A DNA stretch of 64,000 nt from Phycisphaerae bacterium. GTDB taxonomy: Bacteria > Planctomycetota > Phycisphaerae > UBA1845. Shown here piece by piece: positions 9,701-18,399 of this stretch. Made by a program: the position numbers and the translations under genes. The notes under the pieces were generated by a model, which saw only the letters and a list, made by a program, of their open reading frames with translations, was not told the DNA's origin and made no database searches. The DNA lies in NCBI GenBank assembly GCA_029260055.1, contig JAJDDX010000424.1:20586-84585 (forward strand). Direction: 5' to 3'. The first letter of the stretch is position 1, and every line of letters starts with the position of its first letter.

Positions 9701-10228
9701 CCGAGCTGTGACCAGCAGGATGTTCACGCGATCCTTCGGCAAGCGTTCATCGAGTGGTGGCGGATCGACGATCTCGTTGATGCGGCGTTCGATCTGACAG
9801 GTTTGCGCGAGCAGGCCGGCCGAGGAATCCTCCAGCGCCTCCCACGGCCACGCGAGGATGCGCGGATCGTCACTGGATACCTGCAAGTGCAGGCGATCGT
9901 AGTGTCCGTCGTTCGTGGCTTGTGCAAGGAACGCGCCGCCCTGTTTCGTGTCGAACAGGGTGTCGAACGCTTGTCGCCCCCATGTGCGGAGGGCGTCGAG
10001 CACGCGGTCGGCGTGGTCGGTCTCCGGCGCAAAGGGGTAGGCAAGGAACTGTTCGAGGTACCAGCGGAGTTCCCGCACGAGGCCGCTGTCGGGCCTGCCG
10101 TCGACGGGGAAGCCGACGGGTGGCGTGATGGCGGCCGACTTCGTGCGTTTGCCGTCTTTTAGGCGTTCGACGTGGAAGGTGGGGCTATCGTCGGGGCCAC
10201 CCGTGTGTCGGATGATAAGCGTGTTCAT
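6734..10228 (-). CDS. CHAT (caspase-like) protease - STAND/NB-ARC NTPase - TPR protein (NLR-like)
   Basis: CHAT motifs ILAWPWEAL, ILHFDGHG (catalytic His), VVLNACQS (catalytic Cys) and SVVAM. Walker A GLGGVGKTT, Walker B VIVWDNFE, IITSR, GGHTLA (GxP-like), MHP (MHD-like). About six 40-aa TPR repeats (AYHQLG...WYLKSLAI). RBS AAGGA. Confidence 0.9.
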   Translation of the reverse strand: MNTLIIRHTGGPDDSPTFHVERLKDGKRTKSAAITPPVGFPVDGRPDSGLVRELRWYLEQFLAYPFAPETDHADRVLDALRTWGRQAFDTLFDTKQGGAFLAQATNDGHYDRLHLQVSSDDPRILAWPWEALEDSSAGLLAQTCQIERRINEIVDPPPLDERLPKDRVNILLVTARPYKEDVRYRSISRPLVELIDEHHLPAHVTVLRPPTFDQLRRHLREHPHHYHILHFDGHGGYGTTSPDGATADQRHSLQGSRGVLVFEDEKGEPDQVDTEQLSNLLKESAVPAVVLNACQSAMIDSHAEDAFASVAASLLKSGMRSVVAMAYSLYVSGARHFVPAFYERLFEAGNVAQGVRAGRQQMLAHPGRICARGDFPLKDWLVPVVYQQKPLDFSFATEAKKTAQRGESQLPEGARDEDNPYGFIGRDGPLLALERAMLRPPAGILIHGLGGVGKTTLARGFAQWLEATEGLGNGCLWFTFNDIRNAEFVIHGMGTAIYGPDFIKAPMEQKLDALSAAFKENRFVIVWDNFEVAKGIAGTSVTANLTDEDRELLLTFLKKLRGGKTKVIITSRSTEEWLGNENRFLLTIGGLEGDERWDYCEVVLRDQGLKVDRTDSDMIELMDLLGGHTLAMRAIIPKLAERSAGQLAAALRSNLADLSLDEDEVSAKLAATLRFVEDSLPEEQRPLLIPLALHEGFVDANYLEHMAKQVDEGPSRAVIDRFAEALCGAGLLRHRVASVFEMHPALTGYLSATALSAADADARGIWTRAFVDVMAQVADQLAPRELHEQRGFFAAHSANFHHALTEAERLGIDIGVCALTQSMGSFALNARDFAGAAHLFTRLANAQKTRADRQGESAAYHQLGMIAEARRDFAAAEEWYLKSLAIEQKTGNESGAATTYAQLGNIAAKQHDPAAAERWYLKSLAIMEAQPDDAGTAKVYLALGIVAQQQSDFAAAKRWCLKSLAINKNQDDEHAAAMTYHHLGIVAQKQQEHVAAQQWYLKAVASFEKLRSDQHAAMTYGQLGNLAQERHDFAKAGQWYGKALAIFDKLGDEYAAAGTYEHFGIIAGRQGRDEEAAKWLIKSSQTFMRCNAPHEVERTARNYLVTWKHAPPDVQAKLRAMWDEAGLGAWPEIPDVDDASPSDAAGPNADASAGDGAPAPTTNE

Positions 10229-10494
10229 GTCGGTTCCTTGACGCGCTGTGTCCTTGTGCCGGTCGGTGGCGGTGCGGGATTGCGCGGGATGGGGTCGTGT
10301 CGAATCGCTCCTATGACGTGCCGCCTGTCAAGTCGCGTCGTCGGCGGAGCGGGCTTACGACTTCGGGTGACTCGCCGTAGCGACGCGACCAGTCTACAGC
10401 AACTCATTCAGGAGATGAAGAGGTTTTCTCAGTGATTCGTCGCAATGGCCGACAACCGTGTAGGTGAAAACACCTACACGCGATGCCCGCCGGG

Positions 10495-10610
10495 TCAGTT
10501 GGCGGCGAACCTTGCTGAAAACTCGCCGAAGTCGTCCAGGTCGACATCGCCGTCTGTGTCGGCGTCGAAGGTTGCCAGGCAGGACTGGGCCGTCGTTGGC
10601 AGCGGCGGTC
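10495..10610 (-). pseudogene. Orphan remnant of a dockerin-like C-terminus
   Basis: Reads PPLPTTAQSCLATFDADTDGDVDLDDFGEFSARFAAN*, closely resembling the end of 50719..56253 (QDCLAAFDFDADSDVDLADFSAFERSF). No own in-frame start or RBS. Confidence 0.6.
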
Positions 10611-10636
10611 TTGCTTGGCATCGCCCCTGCGCGTTA

Positions 10637-11146
10637 CTAGTCTTGGAGAATGCGAACGTCCCAGCCGGTCGGCGTCCCATCAAGGGCTCGAAGGGCGACT
10701 CTGGTGTTCTTGTCCTCGACATCAACGACGTCTTGTAGCAGGAGGATGGGCTGCAGGTCGGGGTCCTTTCCTGCTTCGCCGGGCGGGACCCTATAGTGAA
10801 ACACCTTGTATTGTATCTGTAGGGGGTCCGCGTCTACGAGATTCAGGCCGATGAAGACGCCGTTCGCTTTTGTCTCGTCAGTGACACCCGGTGTGTAGAA
10901 GACCGGATTGGGCCCCGCGGAATCGATCTCGACGAACTCCCCCGACGGCAGGTTGTGGGCGGTGTCCGCCACCCGGCGCGGCGGCTCCAGGCCGAGGTTG
11001 ACCGGGTAGGGCGTCAGCGTTTCAAAAGTGCGGTTATGGAACTCAATCTTCGACGTGAAATCGCACCCGGCTGATACGACGATTGCGCCGACGGCACACC
11101 AGCAGATCTCACACCACGAGACTAGTCGTCTTTTCGTTCGAGACAT
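10637..11146 (-). CDS. Hypothetical lipoprotein
   Basis: ATG at 11146 with AAGGAG/GGAG upstream; basic N-terminus, hydrophobic stretch and lipobox VSAG-C. Confidence 0.7.
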   Translation of the reverse strand: MSRTKRRLVSWCEICWCAVGAIVVSAGCDFTSKIEFHNRTFETLTPYPVNLGLEPPRRVADTAHNLPSGEFVEIDSAGPNPVFYTPGVTDETKANGVFIGLNLVDADPLQIQYKVFHYRVPPGEAGKDPDLQPILLLQDVVDVEDKNTRVALRALDGTPTGWDVRILQD

Positions 11147-11170
11147 GATTCTCCAAGCTCCTTTGGAACT

Positions 11171-11195
11171 GACGTTTCCGAAATGACACGGTCCC
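11171..11195 (-). promoter_or_regulatory. Possible ECF-type promoter of the lipoprotein gene
   Basis: Minus strand reads GGGAC-N16-CGTC, resembling GGAAC...CGTC ECF promoters. A divergent ECF gene is adjacent. Confidence 0.3.
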
Positions 11196-11455
11196 AAGCG
11201 AAGGGGTACGCATGGTACGAGTTCAGCCTCGTCGACTCAACAGACCGCGTGAGCGCTTTAGCTCGTCTTTCCATCGTTTCAGCATTTTGTCGTCTCGCGT
11301 CTCGGAACCGAGAGGGCGGAATGGGCCGCAGCAATCCTTGCGCGCTGGCAAGCAGGTGGTGGGGGCGTTCTGTAAGAACATGTCTCGGGCGTGAGGGGTG
11401 CGCGGGGTCCGTGGCATACTTGTAGTGACAGGCCTGTAGATGCGGAGGCAGCGAG

Positions 11456-12055
11456 GTGGAGATCGCGGGCACAGCCAGCGAGATCGAACAGATAGTCGGC
11501 ACGGTCAGCCCGTGCGGGCGTCGTGATGCGCTGCGCCAGGTGTTCCGAAGTGTCGGGGGCGGCGTCTATCGCTTCATCCTTGTTCGCGTCGGGGGCGACC
11601 GCGACGTGGCGGACGATCTGCTGCAGCAGACGTGCTACGAGGCGGCGCGGCACCGTCGCCCGCCGGCGGATGTCGACGAGTGCGAAGCGTGGCTCCGCGG
11701 CATCGCACGGAACTTGGTCCGAAGGCACTGGCGAAGCGCGAGGCGAGATGCGGGGCGTGTGTCGATCGCCGATCCCGCGGTCGCGAATCGCCTGGCCGAC
11801 GACTTGGAGACGCGTCCGCTGCCGGTGGACGCGCTGGTCAAGGAAGAGTGGACGACTCAGTTGCTGTTGGCGGTTACATCGCTGGCGGCAGCGGATCAGG
11901 AGCTGATCTTCGCGTACTACTTCGACGGCCGTCCCCAGGCTGCGATCGCTAGCGACCTGGGGGTGACGGACAAGAGCGTCGAGAATCGGCTCTATCGAGC
12001 GCGGGGTCGCCTTCGAGAGGCCCTGCGGCACATGGGAAGGTCTGGTGAGCGATGA
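11456..12055 (+). CDS. ECF-family RNA polymerase sigma factor
   Basis: Sigma2 DVADDLLQQT...AWLRGIARNLVRRHWR; sigma4 YYFDGRPQAAIASDLGVTDKSVENRLYRARGRLR. Confidence 0.92.
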   Translation: MEIAGTASEIEQIVGTVSPCGRRDALRQVFRSVGGGVYRFILVRVGGDRDVADDLLQQTCYEAARHRRPPADVDECEAWLRGIARNLVRRHWRSARRDAGRVSIADPAVANRLADDLETRPLPVDALVKEEWTTQLLLAVTSLAAADQELIFAYYFDGRPQAAIASDLGVTDKSVENRLYRARGRLREALRHMGRSGER

Positions 12056-13137
12056 GCGAATCACGCGACCCCGATCAACAGTTACATGAGAATCTTCGCC
12101 TGTGGGGCGGTCAGATCGACGCGCCGCCGGGACCTTCGAAAGAGGTCATGGCCCGGTGCGCCGACTCGCTAAGCCCGGCCCGTCAGGCTCGAGAGTGGAG
12201 GATACTGAGGATGATGAAGAAACCGTCCGTACTGTCAGGATTGGGGCTCGCCGCATGTGCGGCTCTGGTGGTCACGTTCCTGCTTCCGTTTGGCAAAGCG
12301 CCCATGGTGCAGGCCGCCACCATCATGGAGAAGCTCAACCAGCAGGTCGAGCAGAGCCAGGTGCTCGAGGTGACCATCGACAACGTCACACTTGAGGAGG
12401 CGTTTCTCGAAGGAACCATCCAAATCTCTCAGCTCGGCATAGCGGGTGATTTGGAGGTCAAGGTGGACGAGGGTGACGGCGAGAAGATCGAGCTGGATCT
12501 GGCGCTCGCCATCGGGCCCGACGGGGGCTGGGTGCTCATTCGCAAGCTGGTCATATCCGATCCGGATGTCCAGGCGGTGTTGAATGCGTTCCTGCCGGCC
12601 GGCTCCGACACACTTGTGATCCTGCCGGGCGATGAGCTGGGCGGCGACATCACGCCCGACATCATGGGGGAAATCGGCGACATCCTCTCGGCGGACGTGT
12701 TCGATGCGCTACGCGAGGCGATCGAATCGCAGGAAATCGACGGCGCTACGATCGAGAATCAACGTGACGGGACGGTGCTGCTCACATTACCGCTGGACAG
12801 CGCCGAGACGCTGGCTGCGCTCGAGCGGCTGCACGCCGCCGGTTCCTCTGATGACGACGAAGAGAAGGCAAAGCGAACAGCGCACCATGAGATAGCCCAA
12901 CACGTCCACGGCGACGACGAGTTGATCGGGAGCACGCTGAAGGTGGTCTACGATCCCGCGACTCAGCTCGTGCGTTCGTTTACCATCGAGGACTTCGGCG
13001 ACAGCGACGGGAGCATCAGCGTCACGATCGGTGAGGGCGAACCCGACCCGGCGCGGTTCGACAGCAGCCGCGTGACGACGCCGCAAACGCGTACGCTGGA
13101 CCTCAGCATGCTCAAGGAGATGTTCCACGGCAGTTAG
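12052..13137 (+). CDS. Putative anti-sigma factor (single TM, acidic periplasmic domain)
   Basis: ATGA overlap with the ECF gene; about 55-aa cytoplasmic N-terminus, TM VLSGLGLAACAALVVTFLL, beta-rich C-terminal domain. Confidence 0.65.
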   Translation: MSESRDPDQQLHENLRLWGGQIDAPPGPSKEVMARCADSLSPARQAREWRILRMMKKPSVLSGLGLAACAALVVTFLLPFGKAPMVQAATIMEKLNQQVEQSQVLEVTIDNVTLEEAFLEGTIQISQLGIAGDLEVKVDEGDGEKIELDLALAIGPDGGWVLIRKLVISDPDVQAVLNAFLPAGSDTLVILPGDELGGDITPDIMGEIGDILSADVFDALREAIESQEIDGATIENQRDGTVLLTLPLDSAETLAALERLHAAGSSDDDEEKAKRTAHHEIAQHVHGDDELIGSTLKVVYDPATQLVRSFTIEDFGDSDGSISVTIGEGEPDPARFDSSRVTTPQTRTLDLSMLKEMFHGS

Positions 13138-13181
13138 CGAGGTAGGCGCTTCGTTAGCATCCATGCCATCCGGAAAACGCG

Positions 13182-13222
13182 ACGCCCGCGGCGGTCGACA
13201 GGACTTTGCCGCGGGCGTTTTT
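13182..13222 (+). terminator. Intrinsic terminator
   Basis: 11-bp stem ACGCCCGCGGC/GCCGCGGGCGT followed by a T run, 45 nt after the anti-sigma stop. Confidence 0.7.
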
Positions 13223-13372
13223 CATGTGGCGAAGCGGGTTGCCGCCAATTCTCATGGCCCGCCTTTGCAGTGGCGGGCTTAAATTGGTTAAATGCCAGTG
13301 TGGGGCCGGTGCCGGATCCCGCGTTCGAACAGTTGGCTGAAACAGAGCCCTTGTGCGATCGTGAGCGTAACC

Positions 13373-14953
13373 ATGTCTGCGCCCGTTGACTTGCCGGACC
13401 GAATGAACGCCGCCGCGATCTTCGTGGATGCCAACGTGGAGGCCGGCCGAGGCGGGCAGGTGGCGATCCATGACGCCGGAAGGGGCGTCAGTTTCACCTA
13501 CGACTTTGTTCTCGAGATGACGAACCGGACGGGCAATGCGCTGCGTGCGCTCGGTGTGCGTCGGGAAGAGCGTGTCATGCTCCTGCTGCTCGATTCGCCT
13601 GAGTTCGTCTTTAGCTTCTTCGGGGCCATCAAGATCGGCGCGGTGCCGATCCCTACCAACACGTTGCTCAAACCGCACGATTACGAGTACCTGCTCAACG
13701 ACAGCCGCGCCCGCGTGCTGATCGTTAGTGAATCGCTGGCCGCGCAGCTCGAACCGATTCTGCCTCGCGCCGCGTACCTGGAGCACATCATCGTCGTCGG
13801 TGAGCCCGGCGAGGGGCAGTTGGGCTATGCGGCGTTGGTCGACGCAGCCCCAGCAGAGCTTTCTCCCGAGATGCTCAGTAGAGACGACGCGTGTTTCTGG
13901 CTCTACAGCTCGGGGACGACGGCCTTCCCGAAAGGTGCGGTCCATCTGCAACACGACATGATCGTGGAGGCTGATCTGTACGCACAGCAGGTGCTGGGCA
14001 TCGGTGAGAGTGACCGCTGCTTTTCGGTCGCTAAGCTCTTCTTTGCTTACGGGCTCGGCAACGGGTTGTACTTTCCGTTTCGCGTCGGCGCGTCGACGAT
14101 TCTCCATCCCGGCAAGCCTGATCCAGCCAGGATGTATGAGATCATCCAGGAGCACCGCCCGACGATCTTCTATTCCGTGCCCACGGGCTATGCCGCCATG
14201 CTCGCCATCGAGGATGCCGCTTCGCGATTCGACTTGAGCAGTGTGCGACTTTGCGTGTCGGCTGGCGAGGCGTTACCCGCGGCGCTGTACGAGCGATGGC
14301 AGGAGCGCTTCGGCGTCGAAATCCTCGACGGAATCGGCTCTACCGAGATCCTTCACATCTTCATCTCGAATCGACCGGGTCGCGTGAAGCCCGGGTCGAT
14401 CGGCGAAATCGTGCCCGGGTACGAGGCCAGGATTCTGGATGAGCACAACCGGGTGGTAGCGATCGGCGAGGTGGGAGACTTGCTGATCAAAGGCGATTCG
14501 ACCTGCCAATGCTACTGGAATCAGCACGAGGCGACGAAGGCCACGATCGAGGGCCATTGGATTCGCACCGGTGACAAGTGCTCGCGCGACGCGGATGGCT
14601 ACTTCTGGTATCAGGGGCGGTCCGACGACATGCTCAAGGTCGGTGGCATTTGGGTGTCACCCGTGGAGGTCGAGAGTATTCTGACTACGCACCCAGCCGT
14701 TCTGGAAGCCGCGGTCGTCGGCATGGACGATGCGCATGGTCTGAGCAAACCGAAGGCGTTCGTCGTGCTCAAGGAAGGTCCGCCGGCCGACCCGGATGGC
14801 CTAGCGGCTGAGCTGCAGGCGTTCGTGAAGGAGCGAGCCGCGCCCTACAAGTTCCCGCGCTGGGTGGAGTTCGTTACCGAACTGCCCAAGACCGCCACGG
14901 GGAAGATTCGACGATACATGTTACGGGACTCGCAGGCTGGATGGCACGCCTGA
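13373..14953 (+). CDS. Benzoate-CoA ligase family protein
   Basis: FWLYSSGTTAFPKGAVH, SVAKLFFAYGLGN, VSAGEALP, ILDGIGSTEILHIFISN, GRSDDMLKVGGIWVSP, LPKTATGKI. Confidence 0.92.
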   Translation: MSAPVDLPDRMNAAAIFVDANVEAGRGGQVAIHDAGRGVSFTYDFVLEMTNRTGNALRALGVRREERVMLLLLDSPEFVFSFFGAIKIGAVPIPTNTLLKPHDYEYLLNDSRARVLIVSESLAAQLEPILPRAAYLEHIIVVGEPGEGQLGYAALVDAAPAELSPEMLSRDDACFWLYSSGTTAFPKGAVHLQHDMIVEADLYAQQVLGIGESDRCFSVAKLFFAYGLGNGLYFPFRVGASTILHPGKPDPARMYEIIQEHRPTIFYSVPTGYAAMLAIEDAASRFDLSSVRLCVSAGEALPAALYERWQERFGVEILDGIGSTEILHIFISNRPGRVKPGSIGEIVPGYEARILDEHNRVVAIGEVGDLLIKGDSTCQCYWNQHEATKATIEGHWIRTGDKCSRDADGYFWYQGRSDDMLKVGGIWVSPVEVESILTTHPAVLEAAVVGMDDAHGLSKPKAFVVLKEGPPADPDGLAAELQAFVKERAAPYKFPRWVEFVTELPKTATGKIRRYMLRDSQAGWHA

Positions 14954-15160
14954 ATAGTGGCCCGCTTCCGTGCCAATCCCGCAACGTCTACTGCGACGTC
15001 GCTGCAAGCCGCCATTTGGCGTCAGGCCTGGTGTCTACCCCGGCGGGCCAGCCGCCCTTTCAGCAGCGGAAGTCTCGGCCCCGATCGATCTGCCGCCGCT
15101 ATACGAGTCCGGTGGCCGACGTGCCAGGCGCACATCTTCGTGGCGTTCGGAACCGTTTAC

Positions 15161-16603
15161 TCAACGGCGATCATCCGACATGAAACCCGTCGCGTTCTCG
15201 GTTACCAAGGCTGCGAGATTGGCGAGCAGCAATAGGCCTCGGGCCAGGAATGGTCGCCACTTCGTTTCCGATCCAGTGTCGACGCTGAGAACACCACGCA
15301 CCGTCGTGCCCGACATCATTGGGACGAGATATACCTGTCTGGTCTGCTTCGAAAACTCGTAATAGAACATCGTGGCCGAGTCATGCCGAGGTGGCACATC
15401 GGTATGATAGATGGGGATCGTTGACCAATTCTTCGAATAGGCATAGCGCGGCTGGAGTTCGCCATCGACCATCGCCTTGATGAGGCTCCGGGAGCTCTCA
15501 AGTTCTACTCCCTCCGCCAGTCTCTCACAGTGGCCTTTCGCGAGGCGGAACGTGCCGCTGGCTTTGTCATCCCCAGTCTGCCTGACAAGCCTCCCCAAAC
15601 GGCCGGCGTCTTTTCCATCGAGAACGAATTCATCCGATTTGTGAGCCCCTCTGATTAGCAAACGGTCTTGGCTCTTGGTAACAGCAAGGATCAAATGGGG
15701 GCTACCGCGTTCGACGCGCTCCAGAAGCGAGTTGACCTCGTCGACCACGGGCTGAAGGTTGGCGACTTCTTGGGATACTCCCGTGAGCCCGGCCGCAGAG
15801 ATCTTGACCGCGCTCTCGAGGCACTCTGTGGTGAACTTCCAGTCACTCCTCGCTGGATCAATGACTTCACGGATGAACTCTTCGGTTCGTGGCTCAGGGT
15901 GTTCGAGGATCTTCTCTGGAGTATCATACTCTATGAGCTGGCCGCTGTCTATCACGGCCACTCGCGAGGCGGCGCGAGTAAGAAAGTCTACGCGATGAGT
16001 GATCATCACGACCGTGCGAGAAGAATCGGGAATGTACAGCTCCTCAATGAGTGCAAGGACGCGTTCCATTGCCTCAGGATCCAGGTGGACCTCTACTTCG
16101 TCGAGCAGGAGGATCTCCGGAGCGGTGGCGAACGTCCGAGCGATTGCCACGCGTCGCCGCACTCCGCCCGAGAGCGAAGATGGATACATGTCCCACTGTT
16201 GTTTCGCCACGCCAAGACGCTCCAGCCAATACTCCGCACGCTCCTCGGCATCCCGAAAAGCGAGGTCGCGCGTGTACTGCAGTGGGTGCGCCACATTGCT
16301 CTTGACCTTCATGTGCGGCCATAGTGACGGCTCCTGGAACACAACACCGATGCGTTTCCTGACATTGATCGGCCAGCCGCCACTCCGGTCCTTTAGGACC
16401 TCGTCGCCATCGAGGAAGCCAAGTTGTATCGTGCCGGAATCGAAGCCGATAAGGCCGGCGACGCATTTTAGCAGGGTGCTCTTTCCCGCGCCGTTCCGTC
16501 CCAGAATACAGACAAGATCGCCACGGTTGATATCGAGTGATAGGTCGGCGAGTGCAACGTCTCCGTCGAACGACTTACTCAATGCGGTAACCTGAATTGC
16601 CAT
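15161..16603 (-). CDS. Polar amino-acid ABC ATP-binding protein with C-terminal GAF-like extension
   Basis: GRNGAGKST, VFQ, LSGGVRRRVAIAR, LLLDE, ITHR. About 230 extra residues ending VYLVPMMSGTTVRGVLSVDT...LLLLANLAALV. ATG at 16603 lies just after the upstream stop. Confidence 0.82.
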   Translation of the reverse strand: MAIQVTALSKSFDGDVALADLSLDINRGDLVCILGRNGAGKSTLLKCVAGLIGFDSGTIQLGFLDGDEVLKDRSGGWPINVRKRIGVVFQEPSLWPHMKVKSNVAHPLQYTRDLAFRDAEERAEYWLERLGVAKQQWDMYPSSLSGGVRRRVAIARTFATAPEILLLDEVEVHLDPEAMERVLALIEELYIPDSSRTVVMITHRVDFLTRAASRVAVIDSGQLIEYDTPEKILEHPEPRTEEFIREVIDPARSDWKFTTECLESAVKISAAGLTGVSQEVANLQPVVDEVNSLLERVERGSPHLILAVTKSQDRLLIRGAHKSDEFVLDGKDAGRLGRLVRQTGDDKASGTFRLAKGHCERLAEGVELESSRSLIKAMVDGELQPRYAYSKNWSTIPIYHTDVPPRHDSATMFYYEFSKQTRQVYLVPMMSGTTVRGVLSVDTGSETKWRPFLARGLLLLANLAALVTENATGFMSDDRR

Positions 16604-16607
16604 GTCT

Positions 16608-18197
16608 CTAGGCGCCTCGACCTGTGGGACGTCCCATTCTCTTTTCAAACTGATCCGCGAACCACGCAATCGGAATGACGATTACCAAGTAGCAGGCAAC
16701 CATCCAGAAGTACGCCCAAAACGTGTCGTAAGTCTCTCGCAGTGCCTGCTGTGAGCGATTCAGGAGTTCGGCGACACCGATTATCGATGCGAGTGACGAG
16801 AGTTTGATAGTCGTAAAGTACTGGACAAGCAACGGCTTCCCGATCAATCGGAGGATGAGCGGTCGTTTGAATTGCCATGCAATCTGTATCTCTGTGTAAC
16901 CGAACGCCTTTGCAGCGAGGATCTGAGTCTCCGGTAGGTTCTGCAGCCCCGTGGTGATTATTGTAGCGGCAAACGGGGATAAGTTGATCGCCAGGGCGAT
17001 GATCGCGGCCGTCGCGGCACTCATGCTGGGGAGGAAGCCCGCGTAGTACACGACCAGTATCAAGACGAGAGCTGGAATGCCGAGGAACACATACACAGTG
17101 CCCTTGACGAGTCGGCGAAACCGCGTTGATGGTTCTTTCGCAAGCACAGCGCCAAGCGCGATGCCGAGGAGTGTTCCGAGGAAGATGGCAGTGAGCGATA
17201 CGTACAGCGTGTAGAAGATGCCCGAAGCTAGTGCGCCGGAGTACCTGGTAAGGAAGTGCCACCCGCGGGCGAGAAACGAAACCTGCTGGGCGGGTCCTAC
17301 CAGCGCTTGCGTTGAAGCAGTAGGCTTGGCAAAAGGGATGCCAGGATAATCAAGGCGAAGGTTGCGAATCCACCCGGTGCTTGCCAGAGCGTCGAGTTGA
17401 GTGTTAATGTGCGCGCGAAGTTCGTCCTCTCCTTTCTTGACCGCCCAACAGATCGGAAGGACGCTGTAGGGTGCATCCGCCAGTGCGTCGCGGACATCTG
17501 GATTCGCTCGCGCGTAGCGGCGCAGAATGAACTGATCGGACAGCGCGACATCGGCTCGCTCTTGTTTGACCGAAAGTGGGGCTAACGTAAGATCCGCTCC
17601 TTGTAGAACTTGTAGCTGGGCATGCTGAAAGTGCTTTGTCGCGTACTCGTAGCCGAACTCTCCAAGAACAGTAGCCACGACCAGACCAGGCTGATCGAAA
17701 TCGTCTATTGAATCGACGTTGATAAAGCGACGATCGTCGACTCGTACGAGCGCGCCGTTGCCCAAGTGGAAGATCGGATCTGTAAAGTCGACGATCTGCT
17801 CGCGCTGGGGTGTTCGAAACGTCCCTGCGATGCTCAGATCGAACTTGCCTTGATTGAGGCCGGTGCCAAATGCGCCCCAGTCTGTTGGAAGGAACTTGAT
17901 GGAATCTGGCGGAACACCGAGGGAGTCGGCGACCTCATACAGAACATCGACAAGGAAACCTTTCGGCTCACCCGATGTCGCGTCGCACGACGTCACGTCA
18001 AAGTAAGGGATGTAGCCAACCTTGAGCGTTCCTTCGCGACTTATGCGAGCGAGAGTAGACGACTGTTCGGTAGAAGGCGGGCCGAAGAAGCGATCGCGGA
18101 GACCGAAGAAGTCGTTAAAGAGGCCGATTGCAGCGACCAGCACGCCAAGGGTCAGTGCGAGCCAACGGAACGGATGGGCGCGTGGGGCAGCCGTCAT
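16608..18197 (-). CDS. Fused amino-acid ABC substrate-binding (family 3) + permease protein
   Basis: TM anchor; SBP_bac_3-like GTLKVGY...GLNQGKFDLSIAG...TPQREQIVDFTDP; HisM-like permease with FLGIPALV, EAA-like QILAAKAFG and IKLSSLASIIGVAEL. Alternative start GTG 18206. Confidence 0.88.
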   Translation of the reverse strand: MTAAPRAHPFRWLALTLGVLVAAIGLFNDFFGLRDRFFGPPSTEQSSTLARISREGTLKVGYIPYFDVTSCDATSGEPKGFLVDVLYEVADSLGVPPDSIKFLPTDWGAFGTGLNQGKFDLSIAGTFRTPQREQIVDFTDPIFHLGNGALVRVDDRRFINVDSIDDFDQPGLVVATVLGEFGYEYATKHFQHAQLQVLQGADLTLAPLSVKQERADVALSDQFILRRYARANPDVRDALADAPYSVLPICWAVKKGEDELRAHINTQLDALASTGWIRNLRLDYPGIPFAKPTASTQALVGPAQQVSFLARGWHFLTRYSGALASGIFYTLYVSLTAIFLGTLLGIALGAVLAKEPSTRFRRLVKGTVYVFLGIPALVLILVVYYAGFLPSMSAATAAIIALAINLSPFAATIITTGLQNLPETQILAAKAFGYTEIQIAWQFKRPLILRLIGKPLLVQYFTTIKLSSLASIIGVAELLNRSQQALRETYDTFWAYFWMVACYLVIVIPIAWFADQFEKRMGRPTGRGA

Positions 18198-18370
18198 CCA
18201 AGGCACTCCCGTGACTTTCGGTAGAACAAACGCATCGGCGATTCAGGAAGTGCCCGACGTGACAGAGGCGCAGTCCACATGGAGAAAGCGAAGGAATCCT
18301 CGTCTCGGCTAACACGCAAGCGTGGACTCTGTCCATCCCGAGTTTCCCGCTTATCAGACATTGAGTGGCA

Positions 18371-18399
18371 ATCATACTCAAGCACCCCGCTCGATTCAA
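18371..18399 (-). promoter_or_regulatory. Sigma70-type promoter of the ABC pair
   Basis: Minus strand TTGAAT-N17-TATGAT. Confidence 0.6.
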
